The notes under the pieces were generated by a model. That model was not told the DNA's origin, made no database searches, and worked only from the letters and a program-made list of their open reading frames with translations. From Chrysomallon squamiferum (lineage: Eukaryota > Animalia > Mollusca), in assembly GCA_012295275.1 (NCBI GenBank), contig CM022670.1:42160001-42224000 (forward strand): DNA of 64,000 nucleotides, in the 5' to 3' direction. Below, piece after piece: positions 39,825 through 64,000 of this stretch. The stretch's first letter is position 1. Every line of letters starts with the position of its first letter. The position numbers were made by a program, and so were the translations under genes.

Positions 39825-40219
39825 AATTAAGAGTTTAGGTTTCACTTTTGTTGTATTGAAAAGCACTGGCCGTGACATAACTCTACACAGACTGAACTCT
39901 TCATTAACATTTCAATAGCTTTGATCATTTGTCCTGTTTAAAACGACATAAAATATTAAAAACAGTTCCTTGAATGTCGCTTTCACCTTTAATACCATAC
40001 GTCGGCAATCCATTGAGTTCTTTTCCAGGTAAATAGTTTTTATATTACACGTTAAGACGGTTATCATATAACAGTGAAATATATATTTTACATTTAGAAA
40101 AAAAAATGTTTTTTAAGAAGTGTTCTGTGTGACAAGTGTCAGTAGATGTTTACAGAACACTTCTTATTTGTCATTGTGAAGAAAACTGTTTTACAAAGGA
40201 GCCGGCAATAAGAGTGCCA

Positions 40220-40725
40220 ATTGATACGTGATCCGTTTGTTACGCAATTACCTGATGCGTGAATCACTTGATACGTCATTCACTTGATACGTGATCCTCT
40301 GGATACGTAATTCGCTTGATGCGTGATCCACTGGATACGTAATTCGCTTGATGCGTGATCCTCTGGATACGTAATTCGCTTGATGCGTGATCCACTGGAT
40401 ACGTAATTCGCTTGATGCGTGATCCACTGGATACGTAATTCGCTTGATGCGTGATCCTCTGGATACGTGATTCGCTTGATGCGTGATCCACTGGATACGT
40501 AATTCGCTTGATGCGTGATCCTCTGGATACGTAATTCGCTTGATGCGTGATCCTCTGGATACGTGATTCGCTGGATGCGTAAGACATTTGATCCGTCATT
40601 TACCGAATGCCTGATGCACTTGATACGTGATTCGTTGATGCGGGGTCACTTAATACTTTGATTCTTCACTGGATACGTAATTCACTTGATATGTGAATTA
40701 TTTGATACGTGATTTACTTGATGCT
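40220..40725. repeat. CpG-rich 32-bp (2 x 16 bp) minisatellite
   Basis: GATACGTAATTCGCTT-GATGCGTGATCCACTG; homogeneous core at about 40300-40580 with decayed flanks. Confidence 0.92.
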
Positions 40726-41373
40726 CGATACAGTGCTAGAATACTACACTGATAGATGATATATTAACATAGTTTACTTTATACAAACTGCAACAGTGCT
40801 AGAATACTACACTGTTATCGTATGAGTCTAACTCTTTATGTCAGATATTCTAGCTGTAATATGTTCTACTGATACAAACTGTTTATTGGAGTCCTATTTC
40901 AGTGAATAACGAATTATTAAAATATTATAGTTTTTCAAATGTAATCTTCTTTTTATAATAGTCAAACGTTTTGTATTGTAAATTAAAAAAAAATTGTTAT
41001 CGTAAATTTTACTTCTGTATTATCATCATCATATTATTATTGTTGTTGTGTTGGTGGTGGTCTTATTAGTGTTATTGTTATTCTTATTACTGTCGTTGTT
41101 GCTATTATTATTATTATTATTGTTGTTGTTGTTGTTGTTGTTGTTTTAATTAATTTAGTATAACTTTAATTTGGTACATTCATGAATATCATTAAAATCT
41201 TATCAATATTGTTTTAATAAATGGCACACTTTTAATTTCAGCATCTGTTCAAAAGACAAATATGTCAGAATGTTACTGTAACCATGACAACTGTTTTTCA
41301 GACTGTTGTTGCTGTGACTACCGCCTATCCTGTTTACGTCAGTTAGAGAAGAAGCGAGCTCATTTCAGTGAAA

Positions 41374-64000
<22,627 letters not shown>

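Overview
This is AT-rich, microsatellite-dense eukaryotic (metazoan) DNA; a lophotrochozoan such as a mollusc is a guess from style only. It is not prokaryotic, and most ORFs in the supplied track are translations of simple repeats. Reading GT-AG junctions by hand gives three phase-consistent spliced genes. (1) + strand, 70-14611, 5'-truncated: type I membrane protein with at least 3 CUB domains, a SEA-like region, one TM helix and a tail ending STNL. (2) - strand, 29716-16399, complete, 7 coding exons, about 1741 aa: NWD1/NWD2-family NACHT NTPase with WD40 repeats, ending in a CaaX box (CSVM). (3) + strand, 41374 to beyond 64000, at least 29 exons and 1353 aa: adhesion GPCR (signal peptide, CUB, 3 EGF, SEA-like, 2 Ig, HRM, GAIN/GPS, 7TM) with a non-cleavable-type GPS, a furin site inside GAIN, eroded 7TM activation motifs and a DSGxxS degron. 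The most striking non-coding pattern is that five minisatellites, plus one decayed one, have the gene's own exon-intron junction as their repeat unit. Functional splice sites therefore sit at the end of arrays of 4 to about 35 decoy copies, and one intron (60196-60834) is built almost entirely from copies of its own donor and acceptor. Also noted: a perfect 38-bp inverted repeat covering a branch point and acceptor region, and an array of poly(A)-signal-like units in the intron before the TM exon of gene 1. All exon structures are manual predictions with no transcript evidence.
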